NCBI GenBank assembly: GCA_977017645.1
Contig: OZ360219.1
Location: 48,794,001-48,858,000 of the forward strand
Origin: Torpedo marmorata
Lineage: Eukaryota
DNA length: 64,000 bases
Direction of reading: 5' to 3'
Under the pieces are notes generated by a model, which worked only from the letters and a program-made list of their open reading frames with translations, searched no databases and was not told the origin of the DNA. Made by a program: the position numbers and the translations under genes. Positions within the stretch are counted from its first letter, which is position 1, and every line of letters starts with the position of its first letter. Positions 10,902 through 23,829 of this stretch are shown one piece after another.

Positions 10902-12419
10902 TTGAAGTTCTTCAAGTTCTCCTAAAAATTATTACAAGATTTTTTTAGAGCATTTCAGATTTTTGTCTTTTTTAAGCCTTTGTTTTTAAGAAAAAAAATC
11001 AAGTGGTTTAAAGTTTTGGCGTACTTGTTATGAGGTGTGCTTTAGCTATCGAAGTACGTTTCTACTTTTTGGGAAGAGACTTGTTTTGCTCTCTACCCAT
11101 CTCCTTTCCTTTCCTCTAATCGATCCTCCGCCAACCTTTGTTACAATCCTAGGTTGTAACATTGTGCAATTTGATGTTGTTCAGTGTACATTCCTGAATG
11201 CAAGGTACTTGGATCATGGAATCATCAATACTCCCGTACTTAACAACTGCCTAGAGCAGACCCAGACATTGGAAAATACAGAGCAGTGTAACATTTCCAA
11301 TTAATAACGAGATTTGCGAACCTTGGATCTGTAAGTCCACTGAGGAAGTATTCGCTCTGTAAACTTAATTGACAAATGATGTTCATCCAATCATTGAGGC
11401 TGGACATGAACCTAGAGTTGAAAGCTTAATATCTAACCCACTGTGCCACCCAGTCTGCACACACCACCAACTTTGTCGTCCATTTGTACAACTGTGGGAG
11501 CTACATCAATCATTACGTATTTATAGAGTAAATATTGAATCAATGCCCAAGATCAGCAGAGGAAAATCATTGCAAGCAATTTGAAGAATTACACTAACAT
11601 TAATCTTGTTTAGGTAAGGCAGGGGAAAAGAATTTTCCTTTGTAAAAATAACTAGGGATATTTTTCTCTGTTGGATTTCTGTACCAAAAGGAAATTAAAA
11701 TAGTAATGCATGAATGCATGATTTCTGGTGTCAGAACACTGTGATTGAAACTTGCAGGAGATTAATATTGTACTGGCATCTTCTAGCCCACAGCATTTAA
11801 CAGCTATGACACTTTTGAAAAATGATACACATTCTGCCTTGCATTGATAGTAATAGCTCAGAGGTCAGCACAACTACTAAACAGTTTGTATTACTATCAG
11901 GGTGGCCATGAAAACAACACCTGCTGTAACAAGCACTTGACCAAACAGCTGGGTCAACTATCGCTGTGGGAATTTATCAATGTAACATCTATCACAGGAG
12001 GGGGCAAGAATTTACTACCGTTTTATAAAGTTAGTTTAAGTGTTTGGAAAGTTGAAATGCACACAAATTATTATTAAAGCTCTTAAGGGAATGGTTTCTG
12101 CGTGTGGCTGGGTAATTGAGATAAGCAATCTGTGGCAATGTTATGCTCATTGGCTAAGTTCAACATAACAGTGCTAATTTTAGTACAGTACACCATTCTT
12201 TCCGAAGAATGATATTAATTCACGAGGAAGCAAATATTATATAAAACCAAATTTATTTAAAAAATATTATTGGCCTAAGAATATAGTGAATTAATAGGTT
12301 ATAGGCTGAAATAATTGGGAATATTCCAACCAGTTATCAACTGGGTGGGGGGGGGGGGGGTTGTTGGAGGAGGGGAAAGACTGAGTAAACTGCCAAAATG
12401 CAGGAGCTACTCATTCAGC

Positions 12420-12910
12420 CAATGCTTTACATTGTTATTCTGAAATAGCAATTAAATGGACGGCGGAAGTTACAGCTATTAATCAAGAACAACTTCATTG
12501 CTTACCAATTACAGCAAAAACTATCAGCAAAGAAGTACGGAAAGAAGCTACACTGTCAAAGGTCCTATATTTCACATTAAATGGGTGGCCCGAGGCCGAA
12601 GCTATTTCTCCCGAACTGAAACCTTATTATACACGACGCAATAAAATATCAATTGAAGAAGGTTGTTTATTATGGGGAACCAGGACAATCGTTCCTACAA
12701 AATGGCAGGATGCCATGTTATCAGAGCTCCACAATAATCACCCAGGGGTGGTTCGAATGAAAGCTTTGGCACGTATGCATGTCTGGTGGCCATCAATGGA
12801 CATCGATATTGAACAGACAGTGAGAAGATGTTGCATTTGTCAGGGGATGCAACCCAAAGCACCTCAAGCCGAAGCTAACCCATGGAAACGGCACATCGAC
12901 CAGTTAAGAG
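12420..12910 (+). mobile_element. Ty3/Gypsy (Mag-like) pol fragment: integrase zinc finger with an internal deletion
   Basis: GWP...GCLLWGTRTIVP...LSELHNNHPGVVRMKALARMHVWWPSMDIDIEQTVRRCCIC (HHCC), fused directly to WKRHIDQLR from the integrase C-terminus. Confidence 0.85.
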
Positions 12911-12967
12911 CGGAGGATGATCCTATGGCTACACCTACTGCTCACGATCCCATCCTCGTCGCCAATC

Positions 12968-13137
12968 TGTTGTATATTCTAGGCTTAGAAATACACTAGC
13001 ACACGGAGACGTGATGCTTCATTCATTCTTTATTGTAGTTCTAAAATGGTTCCCCCGCAGCACACAATATATATACGTGATGACATCACTCGCCGGGTGT
13101 GATGACATCATACGCACGCAGGCACATATTCACAACA
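12968..13137 (-). mobile_element. Putative short solo LTR
   Basis: TGTTGT...ACAACA inverted termini, an internal TATATATA and a minus-strand AATAAA. No target-site duplication seen. Confidence 0.5.
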
Positions 13138-14685
13138 CTGCTCATCGCATTGCCACTGTAACCCATTACAATGGATCAGCAGAGTGCAATGTGAGGTCCC
13201 AGTGTAACTTTCAAGATACTTCAGTTTCCAGACCACCCTGCTAGCTTGGGCAACGTGAGCGCAAAACCAAGGTCAGTCAACCCAGTCACTTGAAATCAGA
13301 TACCATACTGTATTAGGCATAATGCACAAACTATTCACACAGTCCAAGAAACCAAATCACTTAATCTAATTTGGGAATGTTGTTTGTTATCCGACATAGC
13401 AACAATGCTAACAAAATGTCCAGCTGGTCTGTTGTGATTCGCACAATAATTGTTCCCTTGGATCAAAACACTGACTTGATTTCTTGATTATCATGACTTG
13501 ATGAAATTGGTTTACTCAATGCACCCCACTGTGAACCAACAATGACATGCATTTAGAAAGCACTTTTATTGTATGAAAATGTCCCAAGGAGCTTTATAGG
13601 TATAGCAGCCAATACAAGCTATGTATTCGCTCAGGTGATCCAAAGGTTGATTTAAGTTGGCTTGAAGGGAGGGAAGGGATACAGAGTGATTTCAGGAGCA
13701 AATTGTAGAGTTTAAACATGGCTGCCAGTAATGGAGGATCAAAACTGTGGATGCAAGAGAAGTTAGAACTGGTTACAGAACAGATGACAGACCTAGGGAC
13801 ACGGTAAGATCATGAAGACATTTGAAAACGGAGAGATATTTTAAAATTGAGCATTTGTTGGACTGAAGCACAGAGGTAAAGGGTGTGAGACAGGTTGCAA
13901 ATTAAACATGTTCATAATTAATTCAATTTTTTTAGTGAAAGGTTTACTTTCCAACTTCTTATAAACAAGCAATAAGTGGCTCTGCATCTCTTGGTTATGC
14001 ATGGTTGAGAATTTTCCAGAACCTTGTTATTATATACTACGTAATTATTTTGTGTTATATTCTGATGAAGGGTCTTCAAACTGAAATGTTGACTCTTCCC
14101 ACAGATCTGGCCTGACTTGTTAGTACTTCCAGAATCTGCTGTCTTATTTGATTTTCACTAACTATAATGCTATTGTTTCTCCTATTATTAAAAAAACAGT
14201 AGTTCAATGCAACAACAATATTTCATACATCACATTCAATAAAGTATTCATTAGTTGAGAAGTGAAAACAGATTTAATTCTCCTTTGTATCTATTCATAT
14301 CTTTAAATGTAGTCATCAGTATTTTTAACATAAATATCCCTCTAAATTATTATGGAAGAGATGAAATCTAATTTACTTTAAATAAATAAATTGGACTAAA
14401 GTAGTGTCCTTCCTGACCTCAGGGTGTCCCCTATCACTTCATTGCCTATAATGTATTGAGTGTAATATGAGTTGTCTTGTCAAAAATAATGCAGCTAACT
14501 TGGAACACAGCAAGAAACCATAAGCAGCAACAAGTTAACTGATCACATCATCTGATTTAATGATGCTTCCTGAGGAATATATTTTGTCCACGATGCTGAA
14601 GATATCTCCTCTGCTTTTCTTCGATTAGTGTCATGGAATCTTTATTGCCCACATTAGGGCTTAACTTCTGATCCAATAAATGGTA

Positions 14686-15370
14686 CAGGAACAGTACCCG
14701 TATCCGAAATGCTGGGGACAAGACGTTTTTGGGTTTTTTCGGTTTTCGGAACAATGGAACTAAGCAGCACAGTAGCATCAGCAGAATACCTGTATCAGCG
14801 GTTAAACAACAACAACAAACAACGCTGGCTTTTTGAGCGCCGACATGACGCCACAAGTGGAAACTTCACATGAAATAACGTTTAGTACTTACCAAAAAAT
14901 AACTTGATCTCTGCTTACAAATGAAGATAAATGCAGCACCAAACAGTAGAAATTCTTCTCGATGGCTTTTTCAAATGTTTCGTCCAGTGTCATCTGCCTC
15001 ATTAACAATGGTTTTTGTCTTTTGCCGCCGCCGGTCCCCGACACCTCCCCACCACCGCAGCCGGTCCCCGACACCTCCCCACCGCCGCCGCTGGTCCCCG
15101 ACACCTTCCCACCACCGCAGCCGGTCCCCGACACCTCCCCACCGCTGCCGATGCTGAAGACTTGGACCCAGCTCTGTTTGGCATCTTCCCGGCCAGAAGC
15201 AAAGATTTTATTTTGTACCACAGAGCTCTGTTGTTACCAAACTGGCGCCAACAGAGCGTCAGAGCCCCACACGGGCAAGTCAGGTGCTGAATTTTTTTCA
15301 ACTTGTGATGTCATGTCGGCGCTAAAAAAAATTTGGTTTTTGGAACTTCGGATACGGAGTTCTCGACCTG
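14686..15370 (-). mobile_element. Tigger4/Zombi-like (pogo) non-autonomous DNA transposon
   Basis: TA flanks at 14684-85 and 15371-72. Imperfect TIRs CAGG...CCGTATCCGAA. Subterminal gagcgccgacatgac / gtcatgtcggcgct. Minus-strand RQKPLLMRQMTLDETFEKAI resembles a Tigger transposase C-terminus. Confidence 0.8.
15024..15150. repeat. 30-bp GC-rich minisatellite, about 4 copies
   Basis: gccggtccccgacacctccccaccaccgca repeated; it accounts for the overlapping Pro/Gly-rich ORFs here. Confidence 0.9.
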
Positions 15371-16265
15371 TAGCTCTTAGTATAGGGGCTGGATTATGTA
15401 TGCAGGTCTCAAGAGTGGAATCTGAACCCAGTCCCTTACACATGCATGACCACAGAAACAAAGCTGACACCAATACCTAAAATAGTGTGGATGAAATTGA
15501 AATAGTTCATCTAATTTGCTCATTATAAAGAGCTCCAGTTCCTTGCAAAAATAGTTTAATAATATATTTTTAATGAGAGTCCTCTGTAAATTAACAGTGT
15601 TAAGCTTTACACATTGCAAGATGATGGGGATGGTAGTTGTATTTTTATTTATTTTAGGGTTGCTTTACTGTGACTGATATGGAATATAGACTGTCAAAAT
15701 TTGTTGCACCTTTATAATGGAGAAAAAGCCCATTTACTTTAAACAACCAATATGTTTGATGAAGTAACAGAGGTTTATAGCTTTCAAATGCATCTGCTAA
15801 TGGCACCAGGTAAAGAAGTGAGGCTATTACTGATGTTTAATAACTAACATGCAGAACACATATTAACTTGTTTTAATTTTAAAAAAATCTTGACACGGGG
15901 ATAGGATAAATGCTTCTTTTCTCTGTCTACTCAAGTTTCTTGAATTTTAGAAGTGCTGATCTAGCACTTTATAGATGTGTTTTCAGAAGCACTTGCCACA
16001 GAAAACAGAAATTCTTTGGTTTACCAGTGCATATTTAGCTATTTTATTTATCATAGTCTAAAACTCTAGAAATCCTACAATTTGACTTAAGTAAGCTTGA
16101 CAGAATAAAAATCTTGAAGTCGGAGAAACATTGTTAAGTATTGCTGGAGAAGCAGGATTGAAAACAGAACATTCTGGCCTGGATATTCAATATCACAGTA
16201 CCTGTTTTTTATGAGATTGACCTGACGTGCAAAATTAATTGCACTGGCACTTCCACGTGTACACA

Positions 16266-16430
16266 ACATGTAAGGAGTTTGTACGTTCTCCCTGTGACCT
16301 GTGTGGGTTTTCTCTAGGTGCTCTGGTTTCCTCCCACCCTCCAAATTGTCTGGGGTTGGCAGGTTAATTGGGTGTAATTTGGCAGCATGGGTTTCATGGG
16401 CTGGAAAGGCCTTCTACTGCATTGTAAAGT
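16266..16430 (+). mobile_element. V-SINE-like SINE, 5'-truncated
   Basis: gtaaggagtttgtacgttctccctgtgacctgtgtgggttttctctaggtgctctggtttcctcccac. Confidence 0.75.
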
Positions 16431-16572
16431 TAAACTAAAAATAGAATAATTTGCCTTTAAATGTATGACACTTCCTGTGATGAATGTCAATTAATGTGCA
16501 ACGTATGTTTGCGATGGTCCTTTGATAATGAACGAAGCAAACCTTCAGAAGAAGACTTTAAGGCCTTTACAG

Positions 16573-16794
16573 CAGCCATTCTCAACCTTTTTTTGGTTAT
16601 GGCTCCCTTAGGACTCTGCTCAAAGTTTATGGGCCCCCTTTCCTGTAAAGCAGTCAGGTTTAGTTGGTTTCTTTAGTACTTCTCTCCTACTGACTACATA
16701 AAAACATTTCAAAATTTTATGATTTCAATCCATGGCTCCCTTTAAATGTGCTGTGCCCCCAGGGTGGCCTTACGGCCCCCAGTGAGAATGGCTG
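16573..16794. mobile_element. hAT (Charlie-like) MITE
   Basis: TIRs CAGCCATTCTCA / TGAGAATGGCTG; 8-bp TSD ctttacag / ttttacag (7/8). Confidence 0.85.
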
Positions 16795-19477
16795 TTTTAC
16801 AGAACAAAAAAAAGGATAAATTAAAGCATAAATCAAGCATAAGTGAAGGATTTGTCTTTAATTGAACTGCTGTCAGGTAGTGTGCCAAGTTGGAAAACTT
16901 CATCTTAGGAGCAGATGTCTCCATGGTCAATGAAAGAGCCTCCTCCTTCTTGGAGTAGCTGTCAAGGTGGGTTCAGACTATGCTGATGCTTCCCTGTGGT
17001 TTACCTTGCTGTCATGGTGCCAGATTGTCAGAAACGTAGATGACTGCTCCCATATCTATCGCGCCACCTCTGCTTTAGGAATTCCAATGCCAATGGATGC
17101 CATTTTTAGAGTGATAACCCCCCCCCCCCCACCTTAGGAATTTCTGTGTTAAGAGCTTTGAGTGCAATGTTTGAAACGTACCGGGAGTTGCAGGTTAATC
17201 GGGTGTAATTGGGCGCCATGGGCTCGGGGGCTGAAATGGCCTGTTACTGTGCTGTATGTCTAAATTTTAAAATTTTATAAATTTTACAACAGGGGGTTAC
17301 TAAAATAAGCTTGGACTTTTGCATGAAAAAGTGTGAATTTGTAACCATATTGATGGTGGGGGATTTAAGATTTCTCCAGATAGTAAACATTAAATATTAT
17401 TTATAATTTTGCAAGAATTGCTTCTTTTTTGGAAAGATGCAAAATCCAAGTTACAAAAGTTTTTAATCACAAAATTGTAATCCACTGTTAATTGTTTATA
17501 ACTGCCCCATGAGAAGAGAAACCATGCGAACTTAGGCCTTAATTCGGTATTTATACCATGGGTTCAAACAAGTTCTAAGTTTTTCCCTGTCCCTTGGACA
17601 GAGTATGAAATTTGTTCCCTTGTGGCCCTGCACACATCTGGCAGGGATCAGCTCTGCAGCATCATTTTGCTGTGTGTTTCCATTCATTTTATGCCTTCTT
17701 GTTTCAATGGCATTAATTCAGACTCCCTTCGAATATCGACGATTCTCACAGCATGAAGTCTATTGGTCAGCCTTCATGCCACTTCCCAAAACTACAACAC
17801 TGTCACATATGGCCAAATATACAAGTGGACACAAATATTCCCTATGGAGTGGAAACTTCTAAATGCATTGATGGAGGAATGTATAAAGATGTGAAGCAGC
17901 CTAGCTATTGAGCCTTCCCATTCTTTATGACCTATTACCTATAGATGCTAATTGAATAGATCTTACAACACCTCTTCCCATGATTACAGAATGACAAATT
18001 ACTATTGAGTCTAACTGTAAGCCATGCCAAAAAGAGACAATATACTAAAGAAAGTTTGCAATTTGATGCCAATAGATCTTAAAATAACTCGGTGACAGCA
18101 GTCTACGCCGATGCTCATGGTGAGGATAACTTATGAACATGATCACTGAGGTTGAAATATCCCAATTATTGGCATGTCCTAGATCTTGCAAGTGTTTAGA
18201 ATCAAGATTCAAGATTCAATTTATTGTCATAGTAAGAAGACAGTGTCATATTCCATGAAATTTCTTTTTGCCTGCTACAAGGCAGACAGATACTTACTTT
18301 TTTTCCCCAACTGAAGCCCACCACATTCTAATTACTTTTTCACTGTCATCTGCATCCTTATGATTTCTTACAGAAGTAGACATTCCACATGTGAGTCCAG
18401 AAAGCAAGCTATCAGAATATGTGGGTGCCAGCCCACTAATTTTTTAAGAACCTTTTTCACTGTCCAACACCTGAACCTAATCTTGTCCTTTCTCAATCTA
18501 TACACCTGAATTTTCTAGTGGAGGTTTCTGAACAGAGTGCAGGAAGGATAAATTCAGCTAATTTTATTTCAACTCCATAATGTAGTGAAGGACCCAAGCC
18601 AATTCTCACCACATGAGGTTTTCAGCTCAGTTCTAGTTTCTTCACATGCTTTCCCCTTCTTGGCAGTAGCAAAAGTGAAAGAACACATGTCAAAATAAAC
18701 ATGGATAGGGAATGTTTGGAGGGATACTGGCCAAATGGGACTAGCTCAGGTAGGCAACTTGGCCGGAATGGAAGAGTTGGACCAATGGATATGTTTCCAC
18801 GTTATACAACTCGATGACTCTGTGAAAAAAAGATTAATTGACATTCTAAGGTTGACAATTATCCAATTTAGTTTGAATGTCACTCAGAATAGTTCTAATT
18901 CTTCATTATTTCATTATTATTTTCTGCAAGGTAGTAGGTTGATGTAAAAACTAATTCTGCAAAATATCCAACATCTATATGAAGAACACTGCTCAGCCTA
19001 TGATTGTTTGCAAATAGACATGTTCTGTAACAACACTTCCAATTTTTATTAACGATTAAATAAAACAACAGAAAATGCTGGAAACGCGCAGTATTTTACT
19101 GTTTCAGGTTTAAGGCAAAATGTTTTGTTTCTGTTTCTCTTTCTAAGTATGCTGCCTAATCTGCTGAGTGTTTCAAGCATTTTCTATTAGTATTTCAGAT
19201 TTCCTGCTGCCACAGTTTTTTTGATCTTCATTAATGGTTATCAAAGTTCAAAGTTTCTTGCTGTCATTTTGATCTTGATCTGTATTTGCCTGATATTAAT
19301 AAGGCTTTCAGCTTTTGGTTCCTCATAATTTTTAACAAATTCTGTAGCAGTGATTGTTATTTTCAAAAATACAAAAGAAAAGAAATCAGGATTATTAATG
19401 AGAATATGCCAGTTGAAAATTTATCTGAGAGTTAATGGTTACAATCCAAGTTTGTGGCTAACATTAAGGAGTATCTG

Positions 19478-19605
19478 GTGTAAAACATGAAAGTCTGCAG
19501 ACACCGTGATTGAAGTAAAAACACAATGCTGGAGAAACTCAGCAGGTCTTTATGTAGCAAAGATAAAGTTACATAACCAACGTTTCGGGCTTGAGCCCTT
19601 CACCT
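19478..19605 (-). mobile_element. Penelope-like terminal-repeat fragment
   Basis: Near-identical to 62608-62725; minus strand gaagggctcaagcccgaaacg...gctgagtttctccagca. Confidence 0.6.
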
Positions 19606-22415
19606 TGATGATGAGTAAGATTAATGGCAGTGGGGAGTTGGATTTAGTGGGTAACAGGCTAGTTAAAACAAAAACATTGGTGGGTAACTATAAGGCAGAA
19701 CCATTAAAAGTACAAACCAGTACCAGAGAAACAAAGAATAGCATATCACAGGGACAGGAGAAGGCCAGTCCACATCTTAAGCCTTTTCCATTTGGATCAT
19801 TGTTGATTTGCACCTTAAACTCCACTTAATTACCTTTGACTCAAGCTGTATCAATTGAAAATCTATTTCAGTGTGGACATTTCAATTGCCTCCACAGATA
19901 ACTTCACACTTCTACCACTGTTTGATGTTTTAAGAAGGGGCTTCCTGTTGAGATCTAGTGTTAAATGTGTGCTCACATCTTCACACTCAAAGGAGAGGAA
20001 ATGTTTACAAAATCTTTATCATCATTTTATCTTAAATTAAGCTCTTTCAGCCAAAGTTTTGCTCACTCACCTAATCAATATATGTCCCTTCATTATCTCC
20101 TCCCAGTTTTACATCTCTTGGTTGCCTAGATATTCTAGTGCACCTTAATGCAAAAATCAAATGGGTTATGATAATTGGAGTTGGGCCTCAACTGAAAATT
20201 TAATTTGCTCTAAGGTTAACAGCCTGAGCATAACTGACTGGGTGTGACACATTTTTGGAACCAAAATGGTGCCACGTAGTGTTCCTTTCTGTGGCTGAGT
20301 TTGGTTGGAGCTGGGCTGGAGTAGGTGGGGATCAGAAGCTTGAAGTCCAATTAGGTTGGGGGTGGAGCATTGGAGTCAGCTATTTGGGAAGAATGAGATA
20401 GGTCGAGACCAGCAATTTGGATGTTGTGGTGTGGGGTGGAGGTTGGGAACAGTAACAAGTGGGGCAGGCAGTATCAATAGGCATATGTGCTTCAGGAGAG
20501 GAAATCTGCCATCTTTACTCTTCTGGCCAAAATATAGCTCTGGACCCTGCAATGTGGTTGACTGTTAATGGACTTCTCAGTTCATGGGCAATGGGTTTGG
20601 ACAATAAATGCCAGCATTGTCAGCAGTGTCTACAGTTAAGGTAAGTAATGGAGATACTTGGCACATGTTCAAATCTGGTGCTGTGGCTGTAAGTTCTATT
20701 TGCCCCAGGAGTGCCCAATGATGGGTACCTCTGGACAATTTGACCCAAGTTTACCTGCAATACTTTAGAGGAAACATTGAATGAAGAATTAGATCATGAC
20801 TTGCATACTGTCACAGAATGTATATCAGAGCACAAGAGTAACACAGCTCAGAAGCATCTGCTTGAATTTCAAAATGATGCAAACTGATCTGGAAGTGGCC
20901 ATTATTAAGCTTCACTTTGGGAAAATTTATATTTTCTATGCTAAAATTGCGTGATATACAATTGATTTTCTGGTTGGTTTCTCCAAATTTGGTGTCATCT
21001 GTGAAATACGTTTCAGAAAGTAATTGGTCCATATAGCAAAGATCATTGGGGATACACTGCAAATAAATCAGAGGTTTTTTTTTAGCTCTTTTCTGATTTT
21101 CCACCAACTAGCAATCCAGAAAACAGAAAAAAAACCTTAGAAAATAAAATCCATATCATTAAAATTGCTGACTGGGAGCTGGACTGCTATTCTTGGCCAT
21201 ACTTGCTTGTGTTGCTTTGTGCAATGTTTCTATCAACATTTCTTAAATGTAATTTGACAGATAAAGTCATTTAGAGAATTTTAAAAATGTACAAACCACA
21301 AAATATTTCATTGAATTTCCAAAAACTGACTAAAAAGGACCCCAAGGAAGAATTAGATCTTCTAGTTCAGTACAGATGTCTCCACTGATGATTTTAGCTG
21401 ATGTTAGCACCTGAGTTCCCTGAGGGAACTGAAATCATGGGAATTTTTCAACTTCTCAAGGAGCTCATTCAGCTCCAGACTAAAACTGCACATATGATAG
21501 TTGCCTCATGCGTGGATTCTGTGAACCAACTGAAGGTGATTATAATGTTACATTTTCTATAGCTCGGGAATAGAATTACCCTCATGATCTAACAGTCTGC
21601 TGCTGGCCTGGGTGGATAAAACTTATATTTAACGGTATGAAAGCAGGGGGTTGCATTGTTGCTTAACTTCAGGAATCAAAGTTAAAAGAGTAACACTTGT
21701 AGAAAAGGTCAATGTGAAGAGCTGGTAACAAGAGACACTCAGATATTTTTGATGTAAATAGGACCACAACAGATAATTTTTTGTAAATGGAAGTAGTAAG
21801 TCAGTAGCATTCACATTATTTTCCTGCCTGCTCTTTACCATTCACTGACAACATACAGTACATGGTACAATAATGCTGATATACAAGACGAAGCAATGCT
21901 TCCTTCACTTGCTTTTCCTTCAGCGAACAGGCTGCAATATTTCAAAATAAGAAACTTGGAGATACACTACAACAAGTTGTTGAATAAATTAATATCTCAC
22001 AACTGCAGAAAACTCCACTTGTGAGTATATCTGACTCATCACCTGCTTCCAGTCCTGTGTGCATGAGCAGCAAGAAAAAGGTATAAATCACAGAGCATTC
22101 CCGGATTTAGTTAATTCAATGCAAGCAGTGAATCATTGGGTCTCACACCTGGTACCTTGTCCTAAAACAAAACATAAGAGGTCAATGCTGTGTTAAATGA
22201 GATGTTGGTGATTACTTAACCCCTGAGGCAGGGGTGGCTGGTGGAGGAACTCTGTGGAATTACAGGTGTGGTGCAATGATTACTTTCTATGGAAATGTAA
22301 TTCAGGCTATAGGAAGTGAGTGAGTTGAGATGTCTCAAGAAATAAAAGCAAGCAGTGGGGGAGGTATATAAGATGCGCTACATTGTCAGGTGAAATGTTA
22401 AACAGCCTTTAATAG

Positions 22416-23560
22416 TCAGAATATGAATTTATTGTCATGAACAAGACATGAAATTCGGTGTTTTGCGGCAGGATCATAGTGCAAACATTCATATTATAAC
22501 CATCTTACGACATTACTATAAAAAGATATAAATAATCGTGCATGAAAAGTAAGGCAGTGTCTTTGGTTCATTGATTATTCAGGAATCTGATGGCAGCGGG
22601 GAAGAAGCTGTCCTTGTGCTGTTGAGTGCTCGTCTTTAGGCTCCTGTACCTTTTCCCCGATGGTAGCAGAGTGAAGAGGGCATGGCCTGGGTGGTGGGGG
22701 TCTTTGAGGACAGAGGCTGCTTTTATAAGACACCGCCTCATGTAGATGTCCTCGATGGAGTGAAGTCTGGTGCCTGTGATGCCACAGGCCGAGTTAACAA
22801 CCCTCTGGAGTTTAATCTTGTCCTAAGAGTTGGCACCTCCATACCAGGAAATGATGCAACCAGCCAGAATGCTCTCCACGGTACTCCTGTAGAAGTTTAT
22901 GAGAGTCTTCGGTGACAAACCGAATCTCCTCAGACACCTCACAAAGTATAGCCGCTGGCGAGCCTTCTTTGTGATTGCATCAACGTGGAGGCTCCAGGAC
23001 AGATCCTTGGAGATGTTGACACCCATGAATTTGAAGTTCTTGACCCTCTCCCCTACTGAGCCCTCGATGAGGACTGGGTCGTGTTCCCCTGACTTCCTCC
23101 AGAAGTCCACAATCATTTCCTTGGTTTTGCTGACGTTGAGCGCAATGTTGTTGTCATTACACCATTCAACGAGCTGATCTATCTCCCTCCTGTACGCTTC
23201 CTCATTGCTGTTTGTGATTCTGCCGACAACTGTGGTGTTATCGGCAAACTTATAGATGGCATTGGAATTGTGCCTGGCCACACAGTTATGGGTATATAAC
23301 GAGTAGAGCAGTGAGCTAAGCTCGCATCCTTGGGGTTCGCCTGTGCTGATAATCAGTGAGGAGGAGACGTTGTTTCCAATTCGTACTGACTGTGGTCTTC
23401 CGATGAGAAAGTCAAGGATGCAGTTGCAGAGTGGGGTACAGAGGCCTAGAGTTGGTAGCTTCTTGACCAGCACTGAGGGAATAATGGTATTGAAGGCCGA
23501 GCTGTAGTCGATGAAGAGCAGTCGTATGTATGAATTGCTGTTTTCGAGGTGATCCAGAGT
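22416..23560 (-). mobile_element. Rex1/Babar LINE, 5'-truncated
   Basis: RT motifs [21 protein letters not shown] and [13 protein letters not shown]; 3' tail catgacaataaattc. Confidence 0.92.
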
Positions 23561-23829
23561 CTAATAAAAACTAAAATTGCAAGAAATACGCAGCAATATT
23601 CAGGTTTGGCAATATTCTTCTTAACAATCCAGGGCCAGAGATCTCAATATAATGAGTCAACCATTTGGGATTGTGAAAAATAAAAATGTCTTCATACAGA
23701 GGATACTGAATCGCTAGAATTCACTACTCAGGAGAGTTGTGGAGGATTAATCAGTATATATTGAAGGAGGGAAGTGGTATGTGGGATGGGGCCCAGGGAA
23801 AGAGTTTTGGGAAAGATCATTTGTCAGGG

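Noticed and set aside
14889-15480. Pro-rich, Gly-rich and RS-like ORFs in several frames
   Set aside because: They are by-products of a 30-bp GC-rich minisatellite inside a DNA transposon.
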